Shown: positions 15,125 through 24,021 of the stretch, piece after piece
How positions within the stretch are numbered: position 1 is the stretch's first letter
Layout of the letters: every line of letters begins with the position of its first letter
DNA from: Phycisphaera mikurensis NBRC 102666
GTDB taxonomy: Bacteria; Planctomycetota; Phycisphaerae; Phycisphaerales; Phycisphaeraceae
Assembly (NCBI RefSeq): GCF_000284115.1
Contig: NC_017080.1
Coordinates: forward strand, 1,050,001-1,082,000
Length of the DNA: 32,000 nucleotides
Direction: 5' to 3'
The notes under the pieces: generated by a model
Seen by the model: the letters and a program-made list of their open reading frames with translations, nothing else
The model's database searches: none
What the model was told of the DNA's origin: nothing
Program-made: the position numbers and the translations under genes

Positions 15125-16041
15125 CGCGCACCCGCCATCCGCTGCGGGGTCGTCGCGTCCGGGCCCTGGGCCTCCGGATGGATCAGGTCCCGCAGCGATG
15201 CCGCCGTGTCGGCGAGCAGGCCCGGTCGCCACGGCATGATCTCCGCGGTCACGGTCCGGTCGTACCCGATGCTCCGGAGCGCGGCGACGCTTTCCACCAA
15301 CGGGACGTCGCCCCGGGTCAGCTCACGGAAGGCGTACTGGCCCTCGCCGAACGACTCGGCGTAATCCTTCACGTGGACGCGTCGGATGCGGTGGTCCAGG
15401 ATCTCGATCCAGTGCGGCGGGTGCTGGTGGAGGCCCGGGAGGTTTCCGACGTCGAGGTACACGCCCAGCCGCTCGCTGCCGAAGCCGTCGACGAACGCCG
15501 CGAGCTCCAGCGGCGAGTAGAAGAGCCCGTTCCAGACGTTCTCGAGGCAGAGATCGATCCCGAGACGCTCGGCGGTGTCCAGCAGCCGGGCGACGTTCTC
15601 GCGCACCCGCCTCCAGGCATGGTCGTACCGGACCCGTTCGCCCGGGCTGATCGGGCTGGTCGTGACGCCCGGGACGTAGAGCAGCGCCTCGGCCCCGAGG
15701 TCGGCGGCACGCCGCAACGCCTCCTCGTGCTCCGCCAGGGAGGCCGCGCGCACGTCGGCGTCTTCGGACACCGGATTGGACGTCCAGCTCATGCCCGACG
15801 CCGCGGTCTCGCAGACGAGCCCGGCGTCGTCGATCGCCTGCCGGATCGCGGCGCACCGCCGGGCATCGTCGTCGGTGCTGAACACGCCGCGCTCTCCGGG
15901 CCGTCCGATGCACATCTCGATCCCGTCGAAGCCGGCCTCCGCAACCGCGGCCAGGGTGGTCTCGAGCGGATCCGCATCGGCCGGGGCGTCCGGCGGAGAG
16001 ATTCCGTGTCGGGTCGACCAGAAGGAGATGCAGCTGAGCAT
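15121..16041 (-). CDS. Sugar phosphate isomerase/epimerase, xylose isomerase-like TIM barrel
   Basis: 306 aa with GFDGIEM, LCLEN, LDVGN and RVHVKD motif spacing typical of the AP-endonuclease-2/xylose-isomerase-like TIM-barrel family. Confidence 0.9.
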   Translation of the reverse strand: MLSCISFWSTRHGISPPDAPADADPLETTLAAVAEAGFDGIEMCIGRPGERGVFSTDDDARRCAAIRQAIDDAGLVCETAASGMSWTSNPVSEDADVRAASLAEHEEALRRAADLGAEALLYVPGVTTSPISPGERVRYDHAWRRVRENVARLLDTAERLGIDLCLENVWNGLFYSPLELAAFVDGFGSERLGVYLDVGNLPGLHQHPPHWIEILDHRIRRVHVKDYAESFGEGQYAFRELTRGDVPLVESVAALRSIGYDRTVTAEIMPWRPGLLADTAASLRDLIHPEAQGPDATTPQRMAGAR

Positions 16042-16092
16042 GGAGGGTCTTTGAAGGAGGTTCCGGTCGGGGCCGGTCGGGGTGATCGCGAG

Positions 16093-19000
16093 CTACCGCC
16101 CGGCAACGCGGCGGAACCATCGGGTCTCGCCGACGGGCAGATCGAAGGTGAAATCGGTTGCGTCCTCGGCCACGACGGCGTCGGTGGTGAGGTCGACGAG
16201 GTCGGCGGGTTCGTCCCAGCGAAGGGTTTTCGGCTGGTCGTTCATGCTGTGCACGACGACCATGCGGTTCCCGGCGTAGGTGGCGTCGTTCTCGGGGCCG
16301 ACGGGGGTGACGCCGGCCTCGGCGGCGAGGTTGCGGAGCAGGCGGGGCGAGAGGCCGCCGGGCGCGGCGAGGTAGACGCCGGTCCAGTCGGCGTGCCGCC
16401 GGACCGCGGCGGCGACGCGGCCGTCCTCGTAGCGGGCCAGCGCGACGCCGCCGGCCTCCGCGAGTGCGTCCTCCGGGAGGTGGATCATCGGCCCGCGGGT
16501 CGGGGTGTTGATGCGGTCGACGTGCTCGGCGAGCGGGTCGCTCCCGGTCGCGGCGTATCGGTGCCACGTCTCGGTTCCCGGCTCGAGCTCGACGGTGAGG
16601 CCGGTCATGCGGCGGACGGTCTCGGTCAGCCCGAGCGGCCCCGAGACGCCGGCGGCGTTGACGACGACGACCACGCGGCCGCCGCGCTGCAGCTCCTCCA
16701 CCGCGGCCACCTGCGCCTCGTCGATCGTGTTCGCGCTGAGGAACACGAGCAGCGGGTACTCCGGCAGGTCCGCGTGGGCGACGTCCGGCAGGAGGTACGG
16801 GTCGTAGCCCAGCCCCGACATCGCCAGCGGGATCCGCGGGAAGTTGTGGCTGTGCTGGAAGTGGTACAGGCCGAAGTACCGCTCCTGGGTCATGTGGTCG
16901 ATCGACCGCTCGTCGGCGAAGGTGGCGACGGCGGGGCGATCGGCGTCGACGGCCGGGTCTTCGGCAATCCGCTGCGCCACCCGCTGAGCCTCGGCCATGA
17001 AGTCGACGTACAGCGGGTCGGACCAGGCGGTGCCGGAGAGGGCGTAGTACCACGCGCCGCCGCCGAGCGCGAGGGCCTGGCCCCACTCGCGGCGCACCTG
17101 ATGGGGCGGGTCCTCGGGGTCCTTGAAGGCGGAGACGTATTCGCGGGAGTCCACGGCGTCGGGGCTGAGCCACGAAAGCGGCGTGCGGTGGTCGGCCTCG
17201 GCGATGAACAGCTTGTCGCGGAGGCGGAAGCTGCCGGCGGCGGAGCTGATCGCGCCGGTGAAGCCGGGGTCGCGCCAGAAGCCGTAGTCGCCGATGCTGA
17301 CCAGCCCGTCGATGTGCGGCGAGTCGAGCAGGGTCCGGGTCGCCCAGTGGTCGAGGTTGTGGGCGTGGGTGACGTCCGACCAGTAGGTGGTGGTGATCGA
17401 CTCGCGGCCGAAGCCGGCGTCGAAGGCCGCGGCGAGGTGGATGGCGGTCTCGGCCTTCCGCTCCGATTGGAAGCGGTTGCTGTCGATGATGCGGCGGTGG
17501 CGTCCATCGGCGGGGTCGAGGAACCAGTTCGCCGGCGTCGGCGGCTGGATGTCCGAGCGGCCGAGCTGGTCTGCGGTGGCGAGCGAGGCGTCGGGGTCGC
17601 CCCAGGCTTCCTGCAGCCCGGCGTCGTCGCCGTACTCGCGGCCGAGCCAATCGCGGAAGGCGGCCAGGTGGCCGGGCGAGCGGTCGCGCTCGTCCTGGGC
17701 GTCGAGCGTGGGCAGCGACTGCCCGTCGGCCCCGATGGCGAGGTGGATGCCGATCACCCGCTTGCCCAGGTCGGACCCGGCGAGGTGCTCGCCCAGCCGC
17801 CGGAGCACCTCGCCGCACGCCTCGCGGTAGGCCGCGGCGGCGTAGCTGAACGCGAAGACCTCGTCGTCGGCCTTGTCGGCGACGCCCTTGCCGCTGTGGC
17901 TCCAGCCGACCACCCGGTCGCCGTCGGGCGACGTGTAGACCGCGTCGGGGTGGTCGTGGTCGAAGTCGTAGTAGGTGTCGGCCCCGATGTTCAGCCGGAG
18001 CAGCGCGTCGGGGCTGTGGCGGAGCTGGACGAGGATGCGGCGGTCGAGCTCGGCGAAGTCGATGTCGCCGTCGCCCCGCCAGACCGGCACGCCGACACCG
18101 TCCCGCCCGCCGGTGTCCTTCGCGTCGCCCAGCGATAGCGTGATCTGCTGGAGCCGCATCCCGGCCTCGCGGGCGAGGCGGGCGCCGAGCTGCGGGTACC
18201 CCGCGTCCCAGAAGTAGAAGTTGGGGTTGTAGAAGAGGGCGCCCGCCGGTTCGCCGTCGATCAGGATCACCGGCTGACCGCCGCGTCGCTCGATCGCCAC
18301 CGCCGCCGGCTCCTCGGCCGCGAGCATCTCGCGGACCTGTGCCTCCGACATCACCGGTGGCTCGTCGGCCGGGCCCAGATCGGCCGGGAGCTGCGCCAGC
18401 GGCTCCGGGGCCTCGCGCAGAGACAGCTCCTTCCACCGCAGGTCGATCGGGGCGCCGGCGGCGCCGAGGCGGACGACGGCCGCTTCGGCGTTCGGGCCGG
18501 TGGTGAAGCGGACGGGCGTGTAGGCCCAACCGCCGCTGCCGGTGTGCTGCACCTGCATGAAGTGCTCGGGCGTGTGGAAGTCGCTGGGTGCGTCGCCGTT
18601 CTGCACCTCGATGTCCAAAGAGGCCGAAGCCCCGAACTCGAAGCCGCGGACCTGGTAGCGGGCGCGGAAGAGGTAGTCGGTGTCGGGCTGGAGCGGGATC
18701 GGCTCGGCGGACGCGGCGGTGGCGTCGCCGCCGTGGGCGAGCACCCGCGTCGACATGATTTCGGGTCCGACGCGACGGACGCGGGCATCGAACTCGGACT
18801 CGGGGCTGAGACCAAAGGGCAGCGGCGTGGTGCCCGCATCCGGCAGGAGCTCCGCCGCGGCGGGCTCGATGCGGAGCTGGGTATTGCGGGCCCAGGGCAG
18901 CCGCAGCGGGTCGTTCGGCGTGCCGGTGCCGGGGGGCAGGATGCGTGGCGGGTGGGAGGTGGAGACGAGCCACCGCTCGGCGGTGGCGTCGTGCCGGGGC

Positions 19001-19167
19001 GGGGTGACGACGACCGGATCACCCGGAGCCGCGCCCGCGACGGGGTCCCCCGCCGCGGTGAAGCTGACCGATCCGGACGCGGCCGCATCCTCGGCGGCCA
19101 CGGGCGCGGCCGCGACGAGCGCAGCGAGCAGGAGGGATCGGCGAGAGGGGCAAGAGCGGGTCGGCAT
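16093..19167 (-). CDS. Secreted large glycoside-hydrolase-like protein (N-terminal jelly-roll module plus GH42-like barrel and trimerisation-like domain)
   Basis: 1024 aa. The N-terminus MPTRSCPSRRSLLLAALVAAAPVAA is Tat-like. A CBM-like segment follows (PLQPDTDYLFRARYQV). The central segment, including AFRDWLGREYGDDAGLQEAWGDPDASL, resembles the GH42 beta-galactosidase pattern. The later EYPLLVFLSANTIDEAQVAAVEELQRGGRVVVVV resembles the GH42 trimerisation (GATase1-like) domain. I did not recognise a canonical NE acid/base motif. Confidence 0.6.
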   Translation of the reverse strand: MPTRSCPSRRSLLLAALVAAAPVAAEDAAASGSVSFTAAGDPVAGAAPGDPVVVTPPRHDATAERWLVSTSHPPRILPPGTGTPNDPLRLPWARNTQLRIEPAAAELLPDAGTTPLPFGLSPESEFDARVRRVGPEIMSTRVLAHGGDATAASAEPIPLQPDTDYLFRARYQVRGFEFGASASLDIEVQNGDAPSDFHTPEHFMQVQHTGSGGWAYTPVRFTTGPNAEAAVVRLGAAGAPIDLRWKELSLREAPEPLAQLPADLGPADEPPVMSEAQVREMLAAEEPAAVAIERRGGQPVILIDGEPAGALFYNPNFYFWDAGYPQLGARLAREAGMRLQQITLSLGDAKDTGGRDGVGVPVWRGDGDIDFAELDRRILVQLRHSPDALLRLNIGADTYYDFDHDHPDAVYTSPDGDRVVGWSHSGKGVADKADDEVFAFSYAAAAYREACGEVLRRLGEHLAGSDLGKRVIGIHLAIGADGQSLPTLDAQDERDRSPGHLAAFRDWLGREYGDDAGLQEAWGDPDASLATADQLGRSDIQPPTPANWFLDPADGRHRRIIDSNRFQSERKAETAIHLAAAFDAGFGRESITTTYWSDVTHAHNLDHWATRTLLDSPHIDGLVSIGDYGFWRDPGFTGAISSAAGSFRLRDKLFIAEADHRTPLSWLSPDAVDSREYVSAFKDPEDPPHQVRREWGQALALGGGAWYYALSGTAWSDPLYVDFMAEAQRVAQRIAEDPAVDADRPAVATFADERSIDHMTQERYFGLYHFQHSHNFPRIPLAMSGLGYDPYLLPDVAHADLPEYPLLVFLSANTIDEAQVAAVEELQRGGRVVVVVNAAGVSGPLGLTETVRRMTGLTVELEPGTETWHRYAATGSDPLAEHVDRINTPTRGPMIHLPEDALAEAGGVALARYEDGRVAAAVRRHADWTGVYLAAPGGLSPRLLRNLAAEAGVTPVGPENDATYAGNRMVVVHSMNDQPKTLRWDEPADLVDLTTDAVVAEDATDFTFDLPVGETRWFRRVAGR

Positions 19168-19203
19168 CGTGGTGGGGGCGGCGGGCTGGGGGGCCTGGAA
19201 GCG

Positions 19204-19222
19204 GCTCCGCCCGGGGCGGAGC
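19204..19222 (-). other. Intercistronic GC stem-loop 2 nt after the stop of the 19225..21570 gene
   Basis: GCTCCGCC-cgg-GGCGGAGC, a 7-8 bp perfect stem in the 57-nt spacer before the next gene of the array. There is no U-tract. It could be an RNA processing or stability element, or a weak terminator. Confidence 0.3.
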
Positions 19223-19224
19223 GC

Positions 19225-21570
19225 TCAGGGCTGGAGCACGCGGGCGGGAACGGCGGGGTCGGTGGTGGCGATGAGGCTCGGCTCCAGGCCTTCGGCGAAC
19301 GCCACGACGCGCAGCTCGGCGCCGGCGGGCAGGTCGACGGGGCCGTCAACCACCGGTGATCCGGCGGTCGGATCGGTGCCGTCGGTGGTGAAGCGGAGCG
19401 TGGCGTCCGGCTCCTCGGTCGAGGCGGACCAGCGGGGCGTGCCTCCGCTGCCGGCGGCCGCGGGGGTGAGCGTGGGCATGGCCGCGGGGCCGTGGCGGAA
19501 GCCGGTGAGTTCGCGCGCGGCGGGCAGCCACACGCGGTCGTAGAAGAAGGGCTCGTCGCCGCGTTCCTCCCACAGCCCGCGCAGCGCGTTCTCCTGCGGC
19601 ACGTACTCGGTGAAGTACGCGGCGTTCTCCGGGTCGTCGAGGCTGGAGCCGCGGGCGTTCCACAGCAGCGACGCGCGGTGCTTGTCGGTGGTGTCGTCGA
19701 ACTCGGCCGCGTTCCACTCGTCGGCCTTGACGCTCCCGACGGCGTTGGCCACGCGGTGCGACTTGAGCACGTACCGCACCCACGCCCAGTCGGGCCCGGC
19801 CTCGCCGCTGTCGAGGTGCTCGGCCATGTACGTGACCGAGGCGTAGGTGTAGATCCACGGCGCGAGCGTGGCGACGTGCCGGCCCGATTGCGGCACCGAG
19901 TCGTGGATCAGCAGGTGGCCGTCGGGCATCGCGGCGCGGAGCAGCCGCATGGTTTCGTAGCCCCGGATCCAGTCGACCGACGGCAGCCCGTCGCTGTAGG
20001 TGCCGTCGAAGCCGTGGCGGTCGACGGCCTCGAGGATCGCGTCGGCGAACACCTCGGGGTCGCGCGTGCGGTGGAACCAGGCGGAGGCGTAGGCGATGGA
20101 CTTCATCCCCGCGGCGTCGGCCGCCTCGACGTGCCGGTCGATCCACGCCGGGTCGAAGGGGATGAAGCGGTCGCTGAAGGTCATGCCCCACTCCCGCCAG
20201 TGGAAGTCCCAGAGCAGCGCAACGTCGGCGACCCCGGCCGCCTCCTCCAGCACGCGTGCGGGGTCCCAGCTCTTCCAGGTCAGCAGCCACTTCTGGTCGA
20301 AGCTGTCGGCCCAGGGGAACGCGCGGGGCGGGAACGCCGAGAGGAACATCCGGTCGCCGGGCTCGACGCCGGACCATCCGACCCGCCAGCCTGCGGGCTC
20401 CCGGCTGAGCGTGTCGGTGTCCTTCCAGTGCAGGCCGGCGAAGTCGGGCGTGGGGCCGACGGGCTCGGCGCGGGCGATCTTGCCGGTGTCTCGCTGCGGG
20501 TACATCGCCGCGGTGAAGCCACCGTAGCCGTCGCTGGCGAAGACCGCGCCGTCGCCCAAGCGGGCGAAGGGCGCGGCGAACGCGCTTTTCGCCTCGAAGG
20601 AGGCGGCGCCGGCGAGTGGCGCGACCGCGAGCATGCCGTCGCACTGGAAGCCCAGCAGCACCGCGTCGTTGCCGAGCACGAGGACCGTGTCGTCCGATCG
20701 CCGCACCGTGAGGCCGCCGAGGTCGGCGTCGGTGGTGAAGGTGACCAACGGCCGCGGCACCCCGATGCGTTGGTGCGCGGTCAGCGTGCCGGCCCGCGGA
20801 TCGACCACCCACCGCACGCCCGTGACGTCGACGGTGTGGACGCCCGACGCCGCGTTGGACCCGTGACGCTCGACCGACATCGGCAGCGCTCCGGGGCCGC
20901 CGGGGAAGGTGACCAGCGACATCGGATCGCCGCGGATGCCCTGTCTCGCCGGTGGCAGCTCCACGACCGCGATGTCCGCGAGCCTCACCTCGATCGGCCG
21001 GTGCACCGTCTCGCCGACGTAGATCGTCGCGTGCGGCGCCATCGTCCGCAGCCGGTCCGCGGCCGGGAAGGTGTAGGGCTGGTCCCAGCGGCTCCAGCCG
21101 CCGGGGCCGAAGGTCTTCGACGGCAGCGCCATGTCCTTGCTGCCGCTGACGTACGTGCCTTCCCCGTCGAAGGTCATGCATCCGCCGTTGACCTCGGACC
21201 ACTGCTGGTCGAAGTCGGTCTTGACCTTCATCGAGAGCACGTACGGCGTGTTGGGCTTGATCGGTAGGCGGTTCCGGCTCCACCGGGTGCCGTTGGCCCA
21301 GCCCTCGGCGGCGTGGTGCATCCTCCAATGCGCGGGCTGATCTCCCTCGGCGGGCACAAACTGCATCCGCCAGTCCTCGTTCTGCTCGTCATTGAATTCC
21401 GCGTCCGGCGACGACAGGTCGAACCCGTCGATGCGGTGGACCGTTCCCCCGGGGTACCGCTCGAGCAACGCCGCGTCCAGCTCGGCGTGCGTCTCGGCGG
21501 AGCCGGTGGAGAGGCCGGGCATCGTCAGGAGCGTCAGCGCGGCGAGAGCGGCAGGCAGGCAGTTCTTCAT
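19225..21570 (-). CDS. Secreted uncharacterised glycosidase-like multi-domain protein (paralog B)
   Basis: Start at ATG 21570 (MKNCLPAALAALTLLTMPGLSTGSA, a signal peptide). The remainder of ORF 19225..22614 is an R/G/A-rich read-in from the neighbouring gene. Motifs: IKPNTPYVLSMKVKTDF, VTFPGGPGALPM, LGFQCDGMLAVAP, LLWDFHWREWGM, HGFDGTYSDGLP, LTGFRHGPAAMP, and a C-terminal LRFTTDGTDPTAGSP. Confidence 0.85.
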   Translation of the reverse strand: MKNCLPAALAALTLLTMPGLSTGSAETHAELDAALLERYPGGTVHRIDGFDLSSPDAEFNDEQNEDWRMQFVPAEGDQPAHWRMHHAAEGWANGTRWSRNRLPIKPNTPYVLSMKVKTDFDQQWSEVNGGCMTFDGEGTYVSGSKDMALPSKTFGPGGWSRWDQPYTFPAADRLRTMAPHATIYVGETVHRPIEVRLADIAVVELPPARQGIRGDPMSLVTFPGGPGALPMSVERHGSNAASGVHTVDVTGVRWVVDPRAGTLTAHQRIGVPRPLVTFTTDADLGGLTVRRSDDTVLVLGNDAVLLGFQCDGMLAVAPLAGAASFEAKSAFAAPFARLGDGAVFASDGYGGFTAAMYPQRDTGKIARAEPVGPTPDFAGLHWKDTDTLSREPAGWRVGWSGVEPGDRMFLSAFPPRAFPWADSFDQKWLLTWKSWDPARVLEEAAGVADVALLWDFHWREWGMTFSDRFIPFDPAWIDRHVEAADAAGMKSIAYASAWFHRTRDPEVFADAILEAVDRHGFDGTYSDGLPSVDWIRGYETMRLLRAAMPDGHLLIHDSVPQSGRHVATLAPWIYTYASVTYMAEHLDSGEAGPDWAWVRYVLKSHRVANAVGSVKADEWNAAEFDDTTDKHRASLLWNARGSSLDDPENAAYFTEYVPQENALRGLWEERGDEPFFYDRVWLPAARELTGFRHGPAAMPTLTPAAAGSGGTPRWSASTEEPDATLRFTTDGTDPTAGSPVVDGPVDLPAGAELRVVAFAEGLEPSLIATTDPAVPARVLQP

Positions 21571-21614
21571 CGTGAGTCTGATGAGGACGAGGTGGCGGCG
21601 GCGGCGGCGGTGGC

Positions 21615-23888
21615 TCAGGGCGCGGGCGTGGGCGGGCTGGGCTCGAGCCCCTCCGCCACGGCGATCGCCCGGACGCCGGTGGCTGTTTCGAGCGGGCCGT
21701 CGTAGATGGGGCTGTCGCCGGTGGGTTCGCTGCCGTCGAGCGTGTAGTGAATCGTCGCGCCCTCCGTCCGCGAGCGGAGCGTCGTCTTGCCGTTCGCCAT
21801 CTCGATGATCGGCATCGCGGCGGGCCCGACGCGGAAGCCGGTCAATACGCGGGCCTTCTCCACCAAATACCGGTCGTAGAAGTACGGGTCCTCGCCGTGC
21901 TCCTCCCAGAGCGCCCGCAGCTCCCGCTGCACCGGCACGTACTCCTGGTTGATGCCCTCGCCGCTGTGCTCGCCGCGGCGGGCGTTCCAAATCAGCCCGG
22001 CGAGGAACGGGTCCATCGGCTTCTCGAAGCCCGGGCCGGTCCAGGCGTCGCCCTTGACGGTGCCCACCGCGTTGGAGACCCGGTGTTGACCGATTACGTA
22101 GCGGACCCAGGGCCAAGTCGGCCCGGCGTCGGTGGCCAGGTGCTCCGCCATGTAGGTGGCGGTGGTGTAGGTGTAGAGGAACGGCGAGAGCGCCGCGGGG
22201 TGGCGGCCGGACTGCGGGACGGAGTCGTGCACGACGATCAGCTTGTCGCCGAGGCGCTCGCGGAGCAGCCGCAGCTCCTCGTAGCCCACCAGCCACTCCA
22301 CCGCCGGCAGCCCGTCGCTGTAGAAGCCGTCGAAGCCGTACTCCTCGACCTCGTCCGTCACCGCATCGGCCCAGAGCTCCGCGTCGCGGCTGCCGAAGAA
22401 CCAGGCGCTGGTGTAGAAGATCGCCCGCTTGCCGGCGTCCTGCGCGAACCCCACGTGCTCGCGGATCTCCGCCGGATCGATCGCGAGGTACCGGTCGCCG
22501 AAGCTCATGCCCCACTCGCGGGCGTGGAAGTCCCAGAGCAGGAACGTGTCCACCGGCTCCACCCAGTCGCTGGTGTAGTCCCCCGCCGGATCGCCGCGGT
22601 AGGTGAGGTGCCACATCAGGTCGAAGCTGGCCTCCCAGTCGTACGCCCGCGGCGGGAAGGCGGAGAGGAACAGCCGCTCGCCGGCGTCGAGCCGCCAGCG
22701 GATCTGCCAGCCGGCGGGGGCCTCGCTCAGCGACTCCAGGTCGGTGCGGTCGAAGCCGGCGAAGTCAAGGTCGGGCGTCACGGGCTCGGTGTCGGGCAGC
22801 TTGCCGCTGCCCAGCGGCGGGTGGGGGTTCACCGAGAAGCCTCCGAGGCCGTCGCTCGCCAGCAGGTGCCCGTCGCCGTAGCGGACGAACGGGGCCGCCA
22901 GCTCGGAGGTGACCACGATCTCCGCCGCACGCGTCGGGTACAGCGCCAGCATCCCGTCGCACTGGAAGCCCAGCGCCACGTGTTCGTTCTGGAGCACCGC
23001 CACGGTCTCGTCCTCGCGAGCGACCTCCAGCCCGCCGAGCGGCAGGTCGACCGACCACGTCGCCAGCGGCCGGGGGAAGTCGATGCGCTGGTGCGCTGCG
23101 ATGGTGCCCGCGGCCGGGTCGACGACCCAGCGGACGCCGGTGACGTTGACCTCCATCGTGCCGTCGTCCCGGGTCTGCACCGGCTCCACCGCCATCGGCA
23201 GCGTCCCGGGGCCGCCGGCGAAGGTGACCTCCGCCACCGGGTCGTGCGCGGGGACCAGCGGCGTTTGGGGCAGCTCCACGACCGTGAGGTCGGCGATGGC
23301 GAAGTCCACCTCCACAGGCCGCTCGTACTCAGCGCCGAGGTAGAGGTAGAAGGTCGGCCGCCCGAGCTTGATCCCGCCGTTTGGCGGCGTGGTGATGACC
23401 GTCTCGAACCGCTCCCAGCCGCGCGGGCCCTCGGTTTTTGCCGGGAAGCCGATCTCGCGCCGGCCCGGGAACGGGTTCGCCGCGTCGTCCATGCACGCGA
23501 GACCGAGGTTGAGTTCAAGGAATCGGCGGTCGAAGTCGGCGCGGATCAGCGTGGACAGCAGGTACCGGCGGTTGGGCTTCAGGCGGATGTTCCGCTCGCT
23601 CCACGTGCCCCGGGCCAACCAATCCGGCTCACCGCCCTCGTCGAAGGGCTCCACCACGGGGAACCAATGAGCTGGGTTCTCGCCGTCGGCCTCGCGGAAG
23701 TCCCAGTAGAGGTTGGGCTGGTTCTGCCAACCGGCGGACGCGGTGGAGAGGTCGAAGGAGGGCACCTCCAGCACCTCCCCGCCGCGGAGTTCGACCTCGA
23801 GCAGCGACGCCGGCAGGGCGGATTCCGCGACCGCCGCCAGGGCGGGGGCGAGGACCGCGACGACGACGGCGAGCAACGGGACACGCAT
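21615..23888 (-). CDS. Secreted uncharacterised glycosidase-like multi-domain protein (paralog C, tandem to B)
   Basis: Start at ATG 23888 (MRVPLLAVVVAVLAPALAAVAES, a signal peptide). Motifs: LKPNRRYLLSTLIRADF, VTFAGGPGTLPM, LGFQCDGMLALYP, LLWDFHAREWGM, YGFDGFYSDGLP, LTGFRVGPAAMP, IHYTLDGSEPTGDSP. Confidence 0.85.
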   Translation of the reverse strand: MRVPLLAVVVAVLAPALAAVAESALPASLLEVELRGGEVLEVPSFDLSTASAGWQNQPNLYWDFREADGENPAHWFPVVEPFDEGGEPDWLARGTWSERNIRLKPNRRYLLSTLIRADFDRRFLELNLGLACMDDAANPFPGRREIGFPAKTEGPRGWERFETVITTPPNGGIKLGRPTFYLYLGAEYERPVEVDFAIADLTVVELPQTPLVPAHDPVAEVTFAGGPGTLPMAVEPVQTRDDGTMEVNVTGVRWVVDPAAGTIAAHQRIDFPRPLATWSVDLPLGGLEVAREDETVAVLQNEHVALGFQCDGMLALYPTRAAEIVVTSELAAPFVRYGDGHLLASDGLGGFSVNPHPPLGSGKLPDTEPVTPDLDFAGFDRTDLESLSEAPAGWQIRWRLDAGERLFLSAFPPRAYDWEASFDLMWHLTYRGDPAGDYTSDWVEPVDTFLLWDFHAREWGMSFGDRYLAIDPAEIREHVGFAQDAGKRAIFYTSAWFFGSRDAELWADAVTDEVEEYGFDGFYSDGLPAVEWLVGYEELRLLRERLGDKLIVVHDSVPQSGRHPAALSPFLYTYTTATYMAEHLATDAGPTWPWVRYVIGQHRVSNAVGTVKGDAWTGPGFEKPMDPFLAGLIWNARRGEHSGEGINQEYVPVQRELRALWEEHGEDPYFYDRYLVEKARVLTGFRVGPAAMPIIEMANGKTTLRSRTEGATIHYTLDGSEPTGDSPIYDGPLETATGVRAIAVAEGLEPSPPTPAP

Positions 23889-23945
23889 GCGGATGCCTTG
23901 GAGGAGAGGATGGCCGCACCGGGCGGGGCGGCGGTTCCACCATAA

Positions 23946-23960
23946 CGAACCAATGGTTCC
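23946..23960. promoter_or_regulatory. Candidate operator in a divergent promoter region: CGAAC-caatg-GTTCC (core GAACCA-a-TGGTTC)
   Basis: The 133-bp divergent gap between starts 23888 (-) and 24022 (+) holds the only AT-rich patch, ggttccaccataacgaaccaatggttccgttaccatgg. It matches GGAAY-N5-RTTCC at 9 of 10 arm positions and has a flanking GGTTCC direct repeat. Confidence 0.3.
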
Positions 23961-24021
23961 GTTACCATGGGAGCGTGTCGCGGCTTGCCCCGAGCGTGTG
24001 GACCGACCCCGGAACCTCGCC

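Noticed and set aside
15125-15232. Alternative start at 15232 for the Gfo/Idh/MocA gene
   Set aside because: The added 36 residues are G/P/A/R-rich and overlap the upstream gene. The ATG at 15124 places the Rossmann GxGxxG at the usual distance from the N-terminus and forms an ATGA overlap with the upstream stop.
16063-16082. Tandem duplication ccggtcgggg x2 in the 51-nt spacer after the GH42-like gene
   Set aside because: There are only two units and no obvious secondary structure or motif. Local slippage or duplication explains it.
15178-18973. Very long ORFs 15178..18138 (+, 986 aa) and 15323..18973 (-, 1216 aa)
   Set aside because: They are shadow frames over the TIM-barrel and GH42-like genes, with extreme Arg/Pro/Gly/Ala content and no motifs. 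The chosen frames have normal amino-acid diversity, signal peptides and family motifs.
21591-21614. (GGY)8 / (GGC)5 trinucleotide run directly after the stop of the 21615..23888 gene
   Set aside because: It is a short simple repeat in a 44-nt spacer. Read-through in frame would hit a TGA at the next gene's ATGA, so no fusion is implied. It is probably compositional.
21571-22614. Upstream extension of ORF 19225..22614, and likewise 23889..24449 for ORF 21615..24449
   Set aside because: The extensions run through the neighbouring paralog or the divergent promoter in a non-coding-looking frame. Internal ATGs at 21570 and 23888 give canonical signal peptides aligned with the family N-termini.
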